A stretch of 64,000 nucleotides of DNA from Polyangiaceae bacterium (GCA_035063585.1 JAPSGB010000009.1:71975-135974), one strand, 5' to 3'. Counted from the stretch's first letter, positions 33,524 to 44,029 are shown. Made by a program: numbers and translations. Notes: generated from the letters alone by a model not told the origin.

Positions 33524-35254
33524 TCAGCGCGGCTCGCGGAGCAGCTCGAGGAAGCGCTCGCCGTAGCGCTCGAGCTTGGCGGGGCCGACGCCGGGGATGG
33601 CGAGCAGCGCGCTGGGCGACGTGGGGCGCCGCGCCGCCATCTCGAGCAAGGTCGCGTCGCTGAAGACGACGTACGCCGGGACGCTCCGCTCGGCCGCGAG
33701 CGCGCGCCGGAGCTCGCGGAGCCGCTCGAAGAGGCTCGCGTCCGCCCCGAGCGGCGCGGCGAGCGCGTGCTCCGCTCGCGCCCGCGCGACGCGGTGGCGC
33801 GGGGCGTCGGCGAGGGCATCGACGCCGCTGCAGCGATCACACGACGCGCCGCACGGCGCGATCTCCTCATGGAAATGTCCGACCAGCCGGACGTGACGGC
33901 AGCCCTCGCTCTCGGCGAGCTCGAACATCTCGCGCGCGTTGGCGAAGGCGCGCTCCGCCGAGGCCGCGTCGAGCTCCTCGCCGAACTCAGTGTAGGTGCG
34001 GACCTCCTTCCATGAGTAAAAGAGGATGCAGTCGCTCGCCACGCCGTCGCGCCCCGCGCGGCCGATCTCTTGGTAGTAGCTCTCGACCGAGCGCGGCATG
34101 TCGTGGTGGATGACGTAGCGGACGTTCGATTTGTCGATGCCCATGCCGAACGCGACGGTGGCGACCACTACGTCGAGATCGTCGCGCTGGAAAGCTTCCT
34201 GCGTGGCGGCGCGCTCTTCGTTGCTCAGCTTCGCGTGGTAAGCGCGCGCGCGCACCCCGGCGGCGGCGAGATGTTCAGCGAGCTGCTCGGTCGTCTTGCG
34301 GGCGAGGCAGTAGACGATGCCGCTCTGCCCCGCGCGCGCGAGGACGAGCCGGCGCACCGCGTCGCGCACCGGCGGGGTGCCGTGGTCACGGCCCTTCTTG
34401 TAGGCGCTGAGCCGCAGGTTCCCGCGAAAGAACGAGCCGCGGAAGGTGGCCGGCGCGCGCATGCCGAGCTGGGTCACGATGTCGCTCACGACCCGCTCGG
34501 TGGCGGTCGCCGTGAGCGCGAGCACCGGCACGTCGCCGAAACGGCGCTTCAGCCCGGCGAGGTTCCGGTAGGCGGTGCGGAAATCGTGGCCCCACTCGCT
34601 GATGCAGTGCGCCTCGTCGACCGCGATGAGCCGGAGGCGCAGCGCATCGAGCGCGCGCCCGACCGACGCCTCGATGCCCTCCGGCGCGGCGTAGACGAGC
34701 TCGTAGCGCCCCGCCGCGAGCGCCTCGACTCGCGCTTGGCGCTCTTCGGTCGAGAGGGTCGAGTTCAGGGACGTCGCGCGGACGCCGACCTCGTTCATCG
34801 CGTCGACCTGATCCTTCATGAGCGCGATGAGCGGCGAGATGACGAGCGTGACGCCGCCGAGGATGCGCGCCGGGATCTGATAAGTAAGGGATTTTCCCGC
34901 GCCGGTCGGCATCACGCCGATCGAGTCGCGCCCAGCGAGCACGCTCTCGATGAGCTCGAGCTGGCCGGGACGGAAGCTCTGGTAGCCGAAGACGTCCGCG
35001 AGCACTCGGGCGGCGGCGTCGCGGTTCGCGCGGGCCCGGCCCTCATCGAGCGACGCGCTCGCGCGCTTGAGCTCGAGGAGCACCGCCGGCTCGAAGAGCT
35101 GGCCCACTTGGCGCCACGCGGCGCGGAGCTGCGCGAGGAGCGCCTCCCCGCGCTCGAGCGCGGCCCGGTCCCCCCTCGTCGCGCCGCTCGCCGCCGCCGC
35201 GAGCTCGCGCGCCGCAACGGCGACGGCCTCCCGGGTCTCGAGCGCTTCGAGCAT
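33524..35254 (-). CDS. recQ: RecQ-family DNA helicase with HRDC domain
   Basis: FGYQSFRPGQ, MPTGAGKS, DEAHC, AFGMGIDK, YYQEIGRAGRDG, zinc motif, VPAYVVFSDATL; start at 35254 assumed. Confidence 0.92.
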   Translation of the reverse strand: MLEALETREAVAVAARELAAAASGATRGDRAALERGEALLAQLRAAWRQVGQLFEPAVLLELKRASASLDEGRARANRDAAARVLADVFGYQSFRPGQLELIESVLAGRDSIGVMPTGAGKSLTYQIPARILGGVTLVISPLIALMKDQVDAMNEVGVRATSLNSTLSTEERQARVEALAAGRYELVYAAPEGIEASVGRALDALRLRLIAVDEAHCISEWGHDFRTAYRNLAGLKRRFGDVPVLALTATATERVVSDIVTQLGMRAPATFRGSFFRGNLRLSAYKKGRDHGTPPVRDAVRRLVLARAGQSGIVYCLARKTTEQLAEHLAAAGVRARAYHAKLSNEERAATQEAFQRDDLDVVVATVAFGMGIDKSNVRYVIHHDMPRSVESYYQEIGRAGRDGVASDCILFYSWKEVRTYTEFGEELDAASAERAFANAREMFELAESEGCRHVRLVGHFHEEIAPCGASCDRCSGVDALADAPRHRVARARAEHALAAPLGADASLFERLRELRRALAAERSVPAYVVFSDATLLEMAARRPTSPSALLAIPGVGPAKLERYGERFLELLREPR

Positions 35255-35380
35255 GACGTCGGGCGGAAATACGCGGAGGCAGGGCGCGGCGCAAGGACGC
35301 CCGGTCCCGAGAGCACGCGCGGACCCGCGCGCTGGCCGGCTCACGACGGATGAAGTAGCGTCCGCGGTGGAGGACGACCC

Positions 35381-35872
35381 ATGGGCGACGGACACGAGCA
35401 CTCGCGCGAGCACCACGGCTGCCACCACTCGCACCACCCGCAGGGTCATGACTGCGAGGGGCGCCATCACCACCACCACGACGGCGAGGGCGGCGGCGAC
35501 GCGCGCGGGCCGGGAGCGCGCGACACCGAATTCCTCGATCTCGAGATCAGCCAGGTGCTCCTCGGCGAGGCGCGACGCGCCGCGCGCGGCGTCGCGGTCG
35601 AGCTCATGCAGGAGGCGCTCCGCGAGCGGCTGCGCGAGCGGCTGGGTGAGCGCCTGGCCGCCATCGGCCGGCTCGCGGCGGACATCCTCGCCGATGACGT
35701 GGAGGCGAACCTCGCCGTCGAGTCGACCATCGGCGCGCGGCGCGAGCGAGGGCGCGAGATCGAAGAGCGGCTGCGCGCCGCGGTCGGCGCGAGCGGGGCC
35801 GAGCCCTCGCCCGGCGGCGGTGAGCGCGCGGGAGGCTCGACGCGCAAGGCGCAGCGCCGGCGAGGACGCTGA
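35381..35872 (+). CDS. His-rich hypothetical protein
   Basis: GGAGG RBS; MGDGHEHSREHHGCHHSHHPQGHDCEGRHHHHH followed by a helical domain. Confidence 0.7.
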   Translation: MGDGHEHSREHHGCHHSHHPQGHDCEGRHHHHHDGEGGGDARGPGARDTEFLDLEISQVLLGEARRAARGVAVELMQEALRERLRERLGERLAAIGRLAADILADDVEANLAVESTIGARRERGREIEERLRAAVGASGAEPSPGGGERAGGSTRKAQRRRGR

Positions 35873-35939
35873 GGGCGGCGCCCGCGACGCCGGCCACGCC
35901 GGACCGCAAAACTAAACCGTTTTATTTAGTCTTGCGCGC

Positions 35940-37022
35940 CTACGGCATCGGATGCGCCTCGAAGAAATCGAGCATGGTGTTGGTCGCATCGAGGCTCGAG
36001 CTCGTCTTGCCGAGCCCCGGCACCGGGAGGCCACCCGGCCAGGTGTGACCGCCACCGTCGATGGTGCAGAGCACGGTGTCGGCGCCGTCACGACACTCGG
36101 GATAGGAGACGCAGGTCGCGTCCCCGTGCTGATAGATGACGGCCTCGACGGCGCTGCAACCGTTGTTCATGCGCCAGAACTTCATCGTCTCGGCGACCGA
36201 GCGAAACACGATGCCCTGCCCGAGGGTGGGCAAGATGGGCGTCCCGCCGCCGTAGGGGACGAGTGGATCGGAGGTGCCGTGCGTGTCGATGATGGGCACG
36301 GCGCGCGTCGGATGGCAGTCCGCTGGGGTCACGCCGAGCACGCCGGCGACGGGGGCGATGGCGGCGAAGCGGTCGGAGAGCGCGCAGCCGATGCGATGCG
36401 ACATGAAGCCGCCGTTGCTCATCCCGGTCGCGTAGACGCGGCGCGGATCGATGCAGTAGTCGGCCTCGAGCCGGTCGAGCAGCGCCTCGACGAAAGCGAG
36501 GTCGTCGACGGCGTCGAGCCAGGCGGTGCCGCAGCAGTCTCCGGCGTTCCAGCTGGTCACGACGCCCTCCGGGTAGACGAGGATGAAACCGCGTTGGTCG
36601 CTCGCGCGCGACATGTTGGTGAGCAGCGCCTCTTGCCAGCCGGCCGAGCTGAACCCGTGGAAATTCATCACCAGCATGGTGCCCTTCGCGGGGTCGTAGC
36701 CCTTCGGCACGTGCAGCAGCGCGGTCCGGAGCAGGCCTCCCGAGGTGAGGCTGATGACGCGCTCACCGCTCGAGCCCTGCTTGCCGCTGCAGGTCACCGG
36801 CGGCGGCGAGGGCGCGCCGGCGTCGAAGCTCGGCTGCGGCCCGGCCTCCGCGGGCGCGTCCGGCGCGGCGTCGGGCCAGGCGATCGCGCCGTCACTCGCG
36901 TCAGCCGCGTCGGCCGCGGCGTCGCCGCCCACGATCGGCTCGAATCCGGCGTCCTCCCCGCCCGAGCCGCAGCCGGCGAGCCCCGCCACCGCGAGCGCGA
37001 ACACCCGGACGTGCTTCGTCAT
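35940..37022 (-). CDS. LpqC/PHB-depolymerase-type esterase lipoprotein
   Basis: Lipobox LAGC; WNAGDCC, GMSNGG, HGTSDPLVP, GGGHTWPG. Confidence 0.88.
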   Translation of the reverse strand: MTKHVRVFALAVAGLAGCGSGGEDAGFEPIVGGDAAADAADASDGAIAWPDAAPDAPAEAGPQPSFDAGAPSPPPVTCSGKQGSSGERVISLTSGGLLRTALLHVPKGYDPAKGTMLVMNFHGFSSAGWQEALLTNMSRASDQRGFILVYPEGVVTSWNAGDCCGTAWLDAVDDLAFVEALLDRLEADYCIDPRRVYATGMSNGGFMSHRIGCALSDRFAAIAPVAGVLGVTPADCHPTRAVPIIDTHGTSDPLVPYGGGTPILPTLGQGIVFRSVAETMKFWRMNNGCSAVEAVIYQHGDATCVSYPECRDGADTVLCTIDGGGHTWPGGLPVPGLGKTSSSLDATNTMLDFFEAHPMP

Positions 37023-37111
37023 CCGCGACTCCTTCACATGCCAGAATATCATATTGCCGCCTCGCGCGTCCGGCCTTCCAGGGAGGCCCGATAGTGCGCT
37101 ATCGAGGGCGC

Positions 37112-37963
37112 ATGATCGCGAGCGTCAACGGACTCCGGCTCTTCTACGCCGAGCACGGCGAGGGCGCGCCCGTCCTCCTCCTCCACGGGTTCCCCGAGAC
37201 GCATCGCTCGTGGGATCTCCAGCTCCCGGCGCTCGCGCAGGCGGGCTATCGAGCCATCACGCCCGATCTCCGCGGCTACGGCCAGACCGAAGCTCCGAAA
37301 CGCGGCTACGATCTCGACACGCTCTCACGAGACGTCGCAGAGCTCATCGAACACGCCGGGGCCGGCAAGGTATCGCTCGTCGGCCACGACTGGGGCGGCG
37401 CGGTCGCGTGGCACGTCGCGACCCGCTACCCGGAGAAGCTCGACCGGCTCATCGTCATCGACTGCCCGCACCCGGTGCTCATGGCGCGCGCGCTCCGCTC
37501 GAACCTCCGCCAGCTCCGGCGGAGCTGGTACATGTTCTTCTTCCAGCTCCCGGAGCTGCCCGAGCGCTTGCTCGCGGCGCGAGGCGGCGCGCGCCTCCGG
37601 AGCATCTTCCACGAGCACCCGCGGCCGGCGTCGATCGTCGACGCCACCGCCCAGGCGCTGAGCCAGCCCGGCGCGCTCCGCGGCCCCCTCGCCTACTACC
37701 GCACCATGTTCCGACGCGGCATCCCGGACTTGGTCCGCGGGCGCTTCGAGGAGGGCTACCGGCCGATCGAGCTGCCGGTCACCGTCATCTGGGGCGACGA
37801 GGACGAAGCGCTCGGCACCGAGCTCATCGACGGCACCGAGCGCTTCGCGCCGGACCTCGAGGTGCACATCGTGAAGGGCGCCGGGCACTTCGTGCACCAG
37901 GAGCGCCCCGACGAGGTGAACGCGCTGCTCCTCGCCGCGCTCGCCCGGCCGAGGGCGAGCTGA
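37112..37963 (+). CDS. Alpha/beta hydrolase, epoxide-hydrolase type
   Basis: LHGFPE, DLRGYG, GHDWGG, SWYMFFFQ, GHFVHQE. Confidence 0.9.
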   Translation: MIASVNGLRLFYAEHGEGAPVLLLHGFPETHRSWDLQLPALAQAGYRAITPDLRGYGQTEAPKRGYDLDTLSRDVAELIEHAGAGKVSLVGHDWGGAVAWHVATRYPEKLDRLIVIDCPHPVLMARALRSNLRQLRRSWYMFFFQLPELPERLLAARGGARLRSIFHEHPRPASIVDATAQALSQPGALRGPLAYYRTMFRRGIPDLVRGRFEEGYRPIELPVTVIWGDEDEALGTELIDGTERFAPDLEVHIVKGAGHFVHQERPDEVNALLLAALARPRAS

Positions 37964-38019
37964 GCGCCCGCCCCGCCCGGCTTCCGCGCCGGGCCGGCAT
38001 CTACTAACCTCTCGCCCCG

Positions 38020-39150
38020 ATGCTCTTCGACGAATCCCACGAGCTCTTCCGGCAGACCTGCGAGCGCTTCACGAGCGAGCACCTGACGCCCCACGCGCTC
38101 GAGTGGGAGGAGGCGGGCGAATTCCCGCGCGAGCTCTACGCGAAGGCCGCCGCTGCGGGCATCCTCGGGGTGTCTTTCCCCGAGGAATACGGCGGCGGCG
38201 GCGGCGACGTCCTGCACGCGATGATCAGCGTCGAGACCTCGCTCGAGTGCGGCTCGAGCGGGCTCGTCGCCGGGCTCGGCTCGCTCGGGATCGCGCTCCC
38301 GCCCATCTTGTTCCTCGGCGACGACGAGCAGAAGCGGCGCTTCATCCCGCCGGTGCTCGCGGGCCAGCGGATCGCCGCGCTCGCCATCACCGAGCCCGGC
38401 ACCGGGAGCGACGTCGCCGGCATCCGCACCCGCGCGGTGAGAGAAGGCGACGGCTACCGCATCGACGGCGCGAAGACCTTCATCACGAGCGGCGTGCGCG
38501 CCGATCAGGTGACCTTGCTCACGCGGACCGGCCCCGACAAGCACGGCGGGCTCACCTTCTTCGTGGTCGAGCGCGGCACGCCGGGCTTCACGGTGTCGCG
38601 CGCGCTCAAGAAGACGGGCTGGTGGGCGAGCGACACCGCCGAGCTCTCCTTCGACGGCGTGCGGGTGCCCGCCGAGAACCGCCTCGGCAACGAGGGCAGC
38701 GGGTTCCTCGCGCTCATGCAGAATTTCCAGAACGAGCGGCTCGCGCTCGCCGTCTACGGGCACGCGACCGCCGCCATCGCGCTCGAGGATGCGCTCGCTT
38801 ACGCCAAGGAGCGCGAGGCGTTCGGGCGCAAGCTGGTCGGCTTCCAGGTCACGCGGCACAAGCTCGCGCGGATGGCGACCCGGGTCGCCGCCGCGCGCAC
38901 GTTCAACTACGACGTGGCGCGCCGCGTCGCCGCGGGCGAATACCTGGTCGGTGAGGTGAGCATGGCGAAGAACTTCGCGGCGGAGGTCGCCCAGGAGGTC
39001 TGCTACGACGCCGTGCAAATCCTCGGCGGCATGGGCTACATGCGCGAGACGCGCGCCGAGCGCCTGAGCCGCGACGCCCGGCTCCTGCCGATCGGCGGCG
39101 GCACCACCGAGATCATGAACGAGATCATCGCCAAGCACCTCGGGCTCTGA
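38020..39150 (+). CDS. Acyl-CoA dehydrogenase
   Basis: AITEPGTGSDV, GAKTFIT, QILGGMGY, IGGGTTEIM. Confidence 0.94.
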   Translation: MLFDESHELFRQTCERFTSEHLTPHALEWEEAGEFPRELYAKAAAAGILGVSFPEEYGGGGGDVLHAMISVETSLECGSSGLVAGLGSLGIALPPILFLGDDEQKRRFIPPVLAGQRIAALAITEPGTGSDVAGIRTRAVREGDGYRIDGAKTFITSGVRADQVTLLTRTGPDKHGGLTFFVVERGTPGFTVSRALKKTGWWASDTAELSFDGVRVPAENRLGNEGSGFLALMQNFQNERLALAVYGHATAAIALEDALAYAKEREAFGRKLVGFQVTRHKLARMATRVAAARTFNYDVARRVAAGEYLVGEVSMAKNFAAEVAQEVCYDAVQILGGMGYMRETRAERLSRDARLLPIGGGTTEIMNEIIAKHLGL

Positions 39151-39164
39151 CCGAGCAGGGCGCC

Positions 39165-40724
39165 GTGAAGCTCGCGAGCCTCGACATCGGTTCCAACTCC
39201 ATCCACATGATCGTGGTGGAGACGGACGGGGAACGCTCCTTCGAGGTCATCGATCGCGCCAAGGAGATGGTGCTGCTCGGGCGGAGCGTGTTCGAGCACG
39301 CGCGGCTCTCGGACGACGCCTTCCGCGCCGGGATCTCCGCCGTCAGCAAGCTCGTGAAGCTCGCCGAGCGCCACGGCGTCGAGCGGACCCGCGCGGTCGC
39401 CACCTCGGCGATCCGCGAGGCGGCCAACGGCGTGGAGTTCCTCCACGCGCTCACCGAAGCCGTCGGGCTCGAGGCCGAGGTCATCTCCGGGCGCGAGGAG
39501 GCGCGCTACATCTACCTCGCGGTGCGGTCCGCGCTCGATCTCGCGACCCGCCCAGCGCTCATCATCGACTGCGGCGGCGGCAGCGTCGAGCTCATCGTCG
39601 GAGACGCTCGCGAAGAGCGACTCGCCGCGAGCCTAGAGCTCGGCGTACAACGGCTGCGCGCGCGCTTCGGCCCCGGCCCGCTCGAGAAGAAGGCGCGCAA
39701 GGAGCTCGAGGCGCTCGTGCGACGCCTCGCCGGGCCCGTCCTCGAGGCAGCGCGCAGCGCCGGGTTCGACCTCGTGGTGGGAACCTCGGGCACCATCTTG
39801 GCGCTCGGACAGGCGGCGCAGCGCCTCCGCGGCGGCGCGCCCTCACCGACGCTCACCGGACAGACGCTCGGCCTCGACGAGCTCCGCGACCTCGCCGATA
39901 GGCTCGCTCCGCTCACCCCGGCCGAGCGCGTGAGCGCGCTCGGGCTCGACGCCCTGCGCGCCGACACGCTCCACCTCGGGGCGGTGCTCATCGAACGGCT
40001 GCTCGCGCTGAGCGGCAAGCAGCGGCTCGTGCTCTCGAGCGCAGCGCTCCGCGAGGGCGTGATCAGCGACATGCTGGGGGGCGCCCGAGACGAACGGAGC
40101 TCGGCCGAGCTCGGACGCGACGTGCGGCGGCAGAGCGTGCTCGAGCTCATGCGTCGCGCCGGACAGACGGGCCCGCACCCGGAGCAGGTCGCCAAGCTCG
40201 CACTCTCGCTCTTCGACCAGACCCGCGAGCTCCATCGCCTCGGCTCTCGGGAGCGTATGCTGCTCGAGTACGCCGCGCTCCTGCACGACGTCGGACAGCT
40301 CATCGGCTACGAGCGGCACGAGCACCACGCCGCGTACATCATCCGAAACAGCGAGCTTCGCGGCTTCTCCGAGCTCGAGCGCGAGCTCATGGCGGAGCTC
40401 GCGCGCTACCACCGAAAGGCGCGTCCCAAGCGGCGCGACGCGGACTTCATGGCGCTCTCGCCTCGCGTGCGACGGGTGGTGCGGGTCCTCGCCGGGCTCT
40501 TGCGGGTCGCCGACGGGCTCGACCGCGGGCACCACCAGATCGTGCGGAGCGTGCGCGTCGAGCGCGCCGGGCGCGCGCTCCTCGTCGTCGCCCAGGCCAC
40601 CGCGGACAGCGAGCTCGAGCTCTGGGGGGCGCGGTGCAAGGACAAGCTCTTGGCGCGCGCGCTCGGGGTCGAGATCCGTCTCGAGGTCGAGCCGGTGGCC
40701 TCGGTCACCCTCGAGACGAGCTGA
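39165..40724 (+). CDS. ppx: Ppx/GppA exopolyphosphatase
   Basis: DIGSNS, ATSAIREAAN, DCGGGSVE, ALREG, LLHDVG HD domain. Confidence 0.92.
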   Translation: MKLASLDIGSNSIHMIVVETDGERSFEVIDRAKEMVLLGRSVFEHARLSDDAFRAGISAVSKLVKLAERHGVERTRAVATSAIREAANGVEFLHALTEAVGLEAEVISGREEARYIYLAVRSALDLATRPALIIDCGGGSVELIVGDAREERLAASLELGVQRLRARFGPGPLEKKARKELEALVRRLAGPVLEAARSAGFDLVVGTSGTILALGQAAQRLRGGAPSPTLTGQTLGLDELRDLADRLAPLTPAERVSALGLDALRADTLHLGAVLIERLLALSGKQRLVLSSAALREGVISDMLGGARDERSSAELGRDVRRQSVLELMRRAGQTGPHPEQVAKLALSLFDQTRELHRLGSRERMLLEYAALLHDVGQLIGYERHEHHAAYIIRNSELRGFSELERELMAELARYHRKARPKRRDADFMALSPRVRRVVRVLAGLLRVADGLDRGHHQIVRSVRVERAGRALLVVAQATADSELELWGARCKDKLLARALGVEIRLEVEPVASVTLETS

Positions 40725-40772
40725 GCGCAGCGCTTGCGGCGCGGCGCGCGCGGCCGCAAGGTCCCGGGCGCG

Positions 40773-41708
40773 ATGATCGGGATCGATTTTGGCGGAACCA
40801 AGATCAAGGCGGCTTCGGTGCGCGAGCAGGAGCTCGTCCGCTTCCGCTCGATCGACACGCGCGCGGCGGAGGACCCGGCCAAGATCCTCGACGACCTGGC
40901 CGCGCTCGCGCGCGCGCTCGAGCCGAGCCCCGAGAGCGTCGGGCTCGCCATCCCGGGCGAGGTGGACGCGGGCGGGCGCTGCTGGCGGCTGCCCAACGTG
41001 CCCGGCTTCGAGGGCGTCGAGATCGCTCGCGAGCTCGGCGCGCGCCTCGGCGGGGCCCGGGTGGTGGTCGAGAACGACGCCACCACGGCCGCGCTCGCGG
41101 AGTCATTGTACGGTCACGGCCGCCAGTACGAGAGCTTCCTGCTCATCACCCTCGGCACCGGCATCGGCGGCGGCCTGGTCCTGGACGGGCGCGTGCGCCC
41201 CGGCGCCCACGGCTTCGCGGGCGAGTTCGGGCACCTGCTCATCGAGTCCGGACCGGGCGCCGCGCGCTGCGGCTGCGGGCTCACGGGCTGCGTCGAGGCC
41301 TACGCCGGGACGCGCGCGCTCCTCGCGCGCTACCGCGCGGCGGGCGGCGCCGCGGAGAACGTCCGCGACATCGCCGAGGCCGCGCGCGCGGGGGGAGAGG
41401 CCGCGCGCGCCGTATTCGAGGCCATGGGCGAGGCCATCGGCACCGGGCTGGTCGCCGTGCAGAACCTGCTCGATCTCGACGCGGTGATCTTCACGGGCGG
41501 CATCAGCGCCGCCTCCGACCTCATCCTGCCGGGCGTGCGCGCCGGGCTCCGGCGGCGCCGGTTCGCCGCGCCGCTCGGCGAGGTGCCGCTGCTGGTGAGC
41601 GCCGTCGGCGCGCACGCCGGCGTCATCGGCGCGGCGCACCTCACCCGCCTCCCGGCGCCGATTCCGCGCCGGGCCGACCACCCGCCCGCGGTATCCTCCG
41701 TGCCGTGA
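40773..41708 (+). CDS. ROK-family sugar kinase
   Basis: GIDFGGT, ENDA, GTGIGGG, AGEFGH, CGCGxxGCVE. Confidence 0.92.
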   Translation: MIGIDFGGTKIKAASVREQELVRFRSIDTRAAEDPAKILDDLAALARALEPSPESVGLAIPGEVDAGGRCWRLPNVPGFEGVEIARELGARLGGARVVVENDATTAALAESLYGHGRQYESFLLITLGTGIGGGLVLDGRVRPGAHGFAGEFGHLLIESGPGAARCGCGLTGCVEAYAGTRALLARYRAAGGAAENVRDIAEAARAGGEAARAVFEAMGEAIGTGLVAVQNLLDLDAVIFTGGISAASDLILPGVRAGLRRRRFAAPLGEVPLLVSAVGAHAGVIGAAHLTRLPAPIPRRADHPPAVSSVP

Positions 41709-42685
41709 GAGCGATCGTCATCAAGGAACCCGGCGGCCCCGAACAGCTCGAGCTCCGCGAGGTCGCGAACCCGCGACCCGGGGAAGGCGAGCTCCTCGTC
41801 GAGGTGCGCGCGACCGCGCTGAACCGCGCCGATCTCCTGCAGCGGCGGGGGCTCTATCCGCCGCCCGCGGGCGCGACCGACATCCTCGGGCTCGAGTGCG
41901 CAGGCGTGGTTCGCGAGCTCGGCCCGGGCGCGAGCGGCGCCGCGGTCGGCCAGCGCGTGATGGCGCTGCTGCCGGGCGGCGGCTACGCGGAGCAGGTCAC
42001 CCTGCCCGCGGCGATGGCCATCCCAATCCCGGAGCGGCTCTCGTTCGAAGAGGCCGCCGCCATCCCCGAGGCGTTCCTCACCGCGCGCGAGGCGCTCTTC
42101 ACGCTCGGCCGGCTCGCTCCCGGCGAGACCGCGCTCATCCACGCCGCGGCCGGCGGCGTCGGCTCGGCCGCGGTCGAGCTCGCTCATCGCCACGGCGCGC
42201 GCGTCATCGCCACCGCGGGGAGCGCGGAGAAGCTCGCGCTCGCGCGGGAGCTCGGCGCGGGCACGCTCGTGAACTACCGCACCGAGGACTTCTCCGATCG
42301 CGCGCGGAGCGTAACCGGCGGCCGCGGCGTCGACGTGGTCGTAGATTTCATCGGCGCCTCGTACTGGCCCGCGCACGCCGCCTGCATGGCCGACGGCGGG
42401 CGCTGCGTGGTGGTCGGGGTGCTCGGCGGCGCGAAGGCGACCGTGAACCTCGGCGCGCTCCTCGCCCGCAGGCACCAGCTCCTCGGGCTCGTGATGCGCT
42501 CGCGCTCGGTCACCGACAAGATCGCCATCACGCGCGCGTTCATCAGGGAGTCACTCCCCGGGTTCGCGACGGGCGCGCTCCGCCCGGTCATCGATCGCGT
42601 GTTTCCGCTCGCGGAGGCGCGCCTCGCCCACGAGCGCATGGAGCGAAATGACAACCTCGGGAAGATCGTGCTCAGCATTGGCTGA
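41705..42685 (+). CDS. NAD(P)H:quinone oxidoreductase (PIG3-type MDR)
   Basis: ALNRADLLQRRGLYPPP, GLECAG, GGGYAE, AAGGVG, GKIVL. Confidence 0.92.
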   Translation: MRAIVIKEPGGPEQLELREVANPRPGEGELLVEVRATALNRADLLQRRGLYPPPAGATDILGLECAGVVRELGPGASGAAVGQRVMALLPGGGYAEQVTLPAAMAIPIPERLSFEEAAAIPEAFLTAREALFTLGRLAPGETALIHAAAGGVGSAAVELAHRHGARVIATAGSAEKLALARELGAGTLVNYRTEDFSDRARSVTGGRGVDVVVDFIGASYWPAHAACMADGGRCVVVGVLGGAKATVNLGALLARRHQLLGLVMRSRSVTDKIAITRAFIRESLPGFATGALRPVIDRVFPLAEARLAHERMERNDNLGKIVLSIG

Positions 42686-42737
42686 GCTCTGGTCTCGATG
42701 CCGGTCCGGCGCGGCCGGCGGTTTGCGCGCCCGCGCG

Positions 42738-43043
42738 TCAGGCGCCGATCGGCTTCAGCGCGACCACGCCGTCCCCCGCGCGCACGCGCACCTGGCACGC
42801 GAGCCGCACGTCGGGCGGGCCGTCGAGGAGCGCGAGCAGTTCACGCTCCGCCTCTTCCGGAGGAAGGAGCCGCTCGGCGCCTTCGACGACGTGCACCTGA
42901 CAGGTGCCGCAGGTCGCCGAGCGGCACGAGAACGGGACTGGCGCGAGGCGCTCGTCGCACAGGTCGATGAGCGCCCCGCCCTCGGGCGCGTCGAGCGTGG
43001 TCGCCCCGCCGGAGACGCTCACGAGAAAGTCGATGCGGGGCAC
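42738..43043 (-). CDS. 2Fe-2S ferredoxin
   Basis: FSCRSATCGTC...RLACQ. Confidence 0.9.
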   Translation of the reverse strand: MPRIDFLVSVSGGATTLDAPEGGALIDLCDERLAPVPFSCRSATCGTCQVHVVEGAERLLPPEEAERELLALLDGPPDVRLACQVRVRAGDGVVALKPIGA

Positions 43044-43104
43044 GGCGCGCTCCTCAGCTACCAAAAGCGCACGGGGCGCGCAAACCACCGCGCGCCGAGC
43101 GCGC

Positions 43105-43905
43105 TCAGACCGAGATCAGGTACGCGCCCACCGCGACCAGCGCGAGGCCCGCGATCAAGAGCGCGGGGCCGAGCCCGACCCCCACGACGGCGCTCCGCGT
43201 GAGCTCGCCGAGCGGCGCCGGCGTGATGAGGAGCGCGTCGTCCGAGGCGACCCCGGCCGCGAGCACCGTGCGCCGCGGCCCCTCGGCGCGGTAGGTGTCC
43301 TCCTCCCCGCGCGCGCCCTCGCGCGAGATCGGGCCGACCACGGAGATTTCGTCGCCGTCGAGGATCGCCTCCACGCGAACCTCGAGCCGCCCGGTGCCGG
43401 GCCAGGCGTCGTTCAAGCCCGGGCCGGCGTCGACGGCGAACCGGCGGAGCGCCTCGCCGCCGTCGGGCAGAGAGTCCATCCTGCCGTCGAAGATCCTACG
43501 TCCGTCGAGCTCGGCGCGCGCCGGCTCGACCTCCGCGCGCTCGCCCGAGCCGTCGTCGAGCAAGAAGTCGCGCGACATCGACTCCTTGAAGATCGGGACG
43601 AGATTCTGATAACCCAGCGTCCGGTGGGGCGCCGGATCGTAGATCGAGACCTTGCACGCCACGCCCCTGACGTCGCTGTACGGCACGTCGAGGAGCCCCT
43701 CCGCTCCAGCGACGACCCGGCCCCGGAGCGCGGCGCGGCCCTGCCGCGGCGCGCCGGCGATGCGCGCGACGCGCGCCTTCGCGATCCGCCGCCGAATCGG
43801 GAGCTGCTCGAGCGCCTTCAGGAAGCGCACGACCCCGAAGCGCATCATCAGGAGCCCGATGAAGAGCGCGACGATCCCTACCCCTGGCGGTACCCCGGTT
43901 GCCAT
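43105..43905 (-). CDS. Hypothetical membrane protein (possibly GIDE-like domain between two TMs)
   Basis: N- and C-terminal hydrophobic helices; FLLDDGSG and E..I..GD.I.V.G pattern. Confidence 0.55.
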   Translation of the reverse strand: MATGVPPGVGIVALFIGLLMMRFGVVRFLKALEQLPIRRRIAKARVARIAGAPRQGRAALRGRVVAGAEGLLDVPYSDVRGVACKVSIYDPAPHRTLGYQNLVPIFKESMSRDFLLDDGSGERAEVEPARAELDGRRIFDGRMDSLPDGGEALRRFAVDAGPGLNDAWPGTGRLEVRVEAILDGDEISVVGPISREGARGEEDTYRAEGPRRTVLAAGVASDDALLITPAPLGELTRSAVVGVGLGPALLIAGLALVAVGAYLISV

Positions 43906-44029
43906 GCGCGGACGAAAACCCCCGCTCGAGCTGGGTGCAAGCCCTATTTCCTCGGCCGGCCGCCCCGATGGTAACCTCCGCGGCGTGACGGCGCGCCACC
44001 TCCTCTGCAGCGGACCGCGAGGCTGAGCG

